Source: a virus (taxonomy: Duplodnaviria; Caudoviricetes). From it: a DNA stretch of 37,524 nt. Below are positions 34,869 through 37,524 of the stretch, in pieces. The stretch covers positions 1 to 37,524 of IMG/VR virus record IMGVR_UViG_3300045106_000019; one strand, written 5' to 3'. A model generated the notes under the pieces. The model had not been told where the DNA came from and did no database searches. It saw nothing but the letters and a program-made list of their open reading frames with translations. Every line of letters begins with the position of its first letter. The first letter of the stretch is position 1. A program made the position numbers and the translations under genes.

Positions 34869-35633
34869 ATGGCGATTCACAAAACTGGCGGATCAAAACT
34901 CTGGGTCTCGCCCACAGAAGTTGACGTCGATGCGCTCGACGCCATGAGTGAGGGCAATCTGCTGTCCTTCTATGAAGGGATCAATGACTGGGTTGAGGTC
35001 GAGGAAAAGGAAAATCTCGGCACTGTTGGCGACAGCGCAGAATCCATCCCCTTCACGACCATCGGCCGCAATCGCGTCCGCAAACTGAAGGGGCCGCGTA
35101 ACGCCGGCACTCAAGAACTCGTCGTCGGGCGCGATCCGCTTGATGATGGCCAAGAAGTGCTGATCGCCGCTGAAGGCACCGACTTCAACTATCCCTTCAA
35201 GATCGAACTGAACGACGCGAAAACGTCAGGGCATTCAAAATCCGTGCTCTACTACGCGGGCCTTGTCCTGTCGCGGCCAACCAATATGGGGCCGAATGCG
35301 CAGGTCACGACACGGACATTCAGCATCGACATCAATACCGGGGTGCTTGAGGTCGCCAGTACGGCGCTTGCGGTTCCGGCAAATACCATCCCGCCGTCGA
35401 TTGTCTTCCTTGGAGGCGATACGTACCGCGCCAATCTCGGATCATGGACGAACAGCCCGACCTCCTATGCTTTTGCCTGGGAGGAAGACGACAGTGGCTG
35501 GACGGCCATCCCGAACAGCGACGTTCAGGAACTCGAATACGCCGGCAGCAATGCGCTCCGTGTCACGGTGACGCCGACCAACGGGGCTGGCGCAGGCGCT
35601 CCCGCAACTTCGCTACCGGTCGAGACCGCCTAG
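34869..35633 (+). CDS. Tail tube (major tail) protein with C-terminal Ig-like domain
   Basis: LGTVGD...RKLKGPRNAG...DDGQ; PANTIPPSI...GSWTNSPTSYAFAW. Confidence 0.85.
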   Translation: MAIHKTGGSKLWVSPTEVDVDALDAMSEGNLLSFYEGINDWVEVEEKENLGTVGDSAESIPFTTIGRNRVRKLKGPRNAGTQELVVGRDPLDDGQEVLIAAEGTDFNYPFKIELNDAKTSGHSKSVLYYAGLVLSRPTNMGPNAQVTTRTFSIDINTGVLEVASTALAVPANTIPPSIVFLGGDTYRANLGSWTNSPTSYAFAWEEDDSGWTAIPNSDVQELEYAGSNALRVTVTPTNGAGAGAPATSLPVETA

Positions 35634-35716
35634 CATCGCGCTTCTGCGCAGAAACGGGGCGGCGTGTTGTCGGGATGCGCCGCCCCTCCCGACATTCCGA
35701 CATCAGGTGAGAAAAC

Positions 35717-36172
35717 ATGAGCAAGGAACAAGTGGCTGCTGCTGGCAGCTTCGATCTTTCGTCTTTCGATGCCGTCGATGAAGCAGAGATGGAAGTCTAC
35801 GCGAATGGGCAGCCGACCGGCTGGAAGTTCCGCATCGCCGGGCCGGGACACCCGAAGACCATCGAGCAGTCGAACAAGCTCGCCAAGGAACGCCTTCGTC
35901 GCGAGAAAGAACAGGAACAGGCCCGCATCAACGGCAAGCGCTGGAAAGCCCCTGACGAGTCCGTGGACGAGGTTCTGGAGCGCAACGTCAATCTGGTGGT
36001 GGACCGCCTGCTTGGTTGGTCGCCGGTGACCATGGATGGAAAGGATTATCCGTTCAGCGTGGAGAACGCGCGGGCGCTGCTTCTGGATCGGCGCAAAGGC
36101 CAGCTTCTGATCCAGGCGCTGGAATTCCTCGGCGACGAACAGTCTTTTGGGAAGCGCTCGGCGAGCAACTGA
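35717..36172 (+). CDS. Tail assembly chaperone (gpG-like)
   Basis: Between tail tube and tape measure; LLGWS...PFSVENARALL. Confidence 0.85.
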   Translation: MSKEQVAAAGSFDLSSFDAVDEAEMEVYANGQPTGWKFRIAGPGHPKTIEQSNKLAKERLRREKEQEQARINGKRWKAPDESVDEVLERNVNLVVDRLLGWSPVTMDGKDYPFSVENARALLLDRRKGQLLIQALEFLGDEQSFGKRSASN

Positions 36173-36603
36173 CCGGGTACGCCGAGCGCAGTTTTGAACT
36201 CGACCGCGACGAGGAAGGGCGGACACGGCGGGATCGGTTGGAAAGCAGGTTGGAGCGGGCGATCCGCAAGAACCGGCAGGACGTGGCGGACGAGCTTCTG
36301 GCCGAGCTGGAATGCCCTCCTTTCCCGCTGGCGCTGAATTACGTCTGGCAGGCGTGGGTGAGATTGCGCCGCCGGACGCCGGCCGGTTTCAATGGACCGA
36401 ACCCCATCACCATAGAGGCAATCGACGCCTTCATTCGCAGAACCGGGCTTCGGCTTGATCCCCGCGACATCGATCTGATCGAGGCGGTGGACGACTTATA
36501 CCTGCAAAAGATGGCTGAACATCAGGCTTCGGAGCGTGATCGCCAGCAGGCGATCAAGGACGGTTTGGGGCAGGCGAGCAAGCAGGGGCTTAAGACCGCA
36601 TAA
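36143..36603 (+). CDS. gpT-like segment of the G-T frameshift chaperone (-1 frame)
   Basis: Overlapping -1 ORF without a good start; candidate slip at TCT TTT GGG; PPFP...VWQAWVRL...GPNPIT. Confidence 0.7.
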
Positions 36604-36605
36604 CC

Positions 36606-36625
36606 AGGGAGGCTTCGGCCTCCCT
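36606..36625. terminator. Hairpin between convergent genes
   Basis: AGGGAGGC-TTCG-GCCTCCCT perfect stem. Confidence 0.65.
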
Positions 36626-36626
36626 A

Positions 36627-37022
36627 TTACTTGAATTCCTCCTTGGCGCCGTCGTCGTAGACGATCGACCAAACGCAGGTGCGAATGCTTACGTCATCTC
36701 TGTGAATTGTGGCTAGACGGATGGCGTCTTGAAAAGTGGCAGAGACGGTGAATTTGTCACCCGGCTGAACGCTGGCATCCCGTTCTAGGCGAGGCGACAC
36801 TAGAGCATTGCCGATGGCATCTGAGAACATGACTGCGGCGTTGATCATTCGATAGCCGTGTTTGCCATCATATCGAAGATCGACCTCAACGATTGTGCTT
36901 GTTCCGCTTTGCCCCTTATCCACTGTGGCGCGCCAATCGATAACACTGAATAGCGTATCGTTGCACGCTGCGGCTGGCGTAGCCAGAATCCCGGAAATCG
37001 CCCCAATCAATAGAAAGCGCAC
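36627..37022 (-). CDS. Secreted/periplasmic moron protein
   Basis: Signal peptide MRFLLIGAISGILATPAAA, beta-rich mature part, GGAGG SD, antisense to tail genes. Confidence 0.75.
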   Translation of the reverse strand: MRFLLIGAISGILATPAAACNDTLFSVIDWRATVDKGQSGTSTIVEVDLRYDGKHGYRMINAAVMFSDAIGNALVSPRLERDASVQPGDKFTVSATFQDAIRLATIHRDDVSIRTCVWSIVYDDGAKEEFK

Positions 37023-37083
37023 GCTGTTCCTCCCGCCGAAAAGGCAGGAAGGTTAGCTCGCAGGCGCCTATGAGGTAAAGCCC

Positions 37084-37524
37084 ATGGCTGACATCGCCCA
37101 CCTCGGTCTTTCCGTCGAATATCAGGATGCAGAAAAGGCCGCCCTGGCCCTGACCAAGATGTCGGCCGCTGCCAAGAAGGCTGAAGATGCAGCGGTTGGA
37201 GTAGCTGGCGCTTCCGGCAAGGCTGCAAAGGCAACGGCGAACATCACAGCTGGTACTTCGAAATCTCGCATTCAATGGGAGAGCTACGACGAGGTCGTCG
37301 CTCGGACGGGCGCCAAGATCAAGGATGCGGCTCAGTCTGCGGATGATGCTGCCAAGAGCATAAAAGGGCATGGCGAGGCCGCTAATGACGCGGGCAAGGG
37401 CATGGAGAATGCTTCGCTGGCGGCACAGGGCTTTTCGGTGGCGCTGGGGAAAGTCAAAGAGGTGATTGCCGGCTTCATCCTGAACGCTGTCACGGTCGCC
37501 GTGGGCGTCCTCATTGCGGAACTG
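37084..37524 (+). CDS. Tape measure protein (5' part, truncated)
   Basis: MADIAHLGLSVEYQDAEKAALALTKMSAAAKKAEDAA..., GAGG SD, frame open to the window end. Confidence 0.85.
   Translation, partial: MADIAHLGLSVEYQDAEKAALALTKMSAAAKKAEDAAVGVAGASGKAAKATANITAGTSKSRIQWESYDEVVARTGAKIKDAAQSADDAAKSIKGHGEAANDAGKGMENASLAAQGFSVALGKVKEVIAGFILNAVTVAVGVLIAEL

Larger units (their letters stand above)
1..37524. mobile_element. Lambdoid temperate siphophage/prophage (partial; integrase, lysis and distal tail genes outside window)
   Basis: Divergent cI/cro with operators, recombination, replication, terminase, portal, capsid and tail genes in canonical lambdoid order. Confidence 0.95.

Noticed and set aside
1-37524. 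CRISPR arrays, tRNA/tmRNA, IS elements, reverse transcriptase/DGR, group I/II introns, att sites, integrase
   Set aside because: No regular repeat-spacer array, cloverleaf, transposase, RT or integrase motifs, or intron core seen by eye; a tRNAscan/Infernal run would be needed to exclude them fully

Overview
The whole window is the central part of a GC-rich, lambdoid-type temperate siphophage or prophage. The host is most likely a Rhizobiaceae-like alphaproteobacterium, inferred from the GcrA homologue and high GC. Layout: (i) 1-7811, a leftward early operon with small hypothetical/wHTH genes, a double MazG-like protein, DUF551, DUF968, a Sak4-like ATPase and a RecE-like exonuclease; (ii) 7870-11470, the immunity region, with five copies of a 17-bp operator ATCGCA-N5-TGCGAT (2 at OL, 3 at OR), cI and cro. 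In the lambda rexAB position sits an accessory cassette: an RNase H/RuvC-fold-like gene coupled to a non-RD Ser/Thr kinase and a small basic ORF, facing a SLOG (DUF2493/YspA-like) gene that follows about 500 nt of apparently structured non-coding sequence; (iii) 11471-24616, a rightward early/middle operon with ParB-like, GcrA-like, Gp37/Gp68, SNF2-type helicase, amino-MTase, RuvC, a C5-MTase split over two nested same-strand frames, DnaB, an HNH endonuclease and a Q-position regulator; (iv) 25082-end, packaging, head and tail genes up to a truncated tape measure gene. Integrase, lysis and distal tail genes lie outside the window. Best candidates for new biology are the kinase cassette downstream of cI (putative prophage anti-phage system), the dual-frame MTase with repeated TRD-like modules, and the structured RNA plus SLOG locus. 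All family calls come from motif recognition by eye; no database searches were run.
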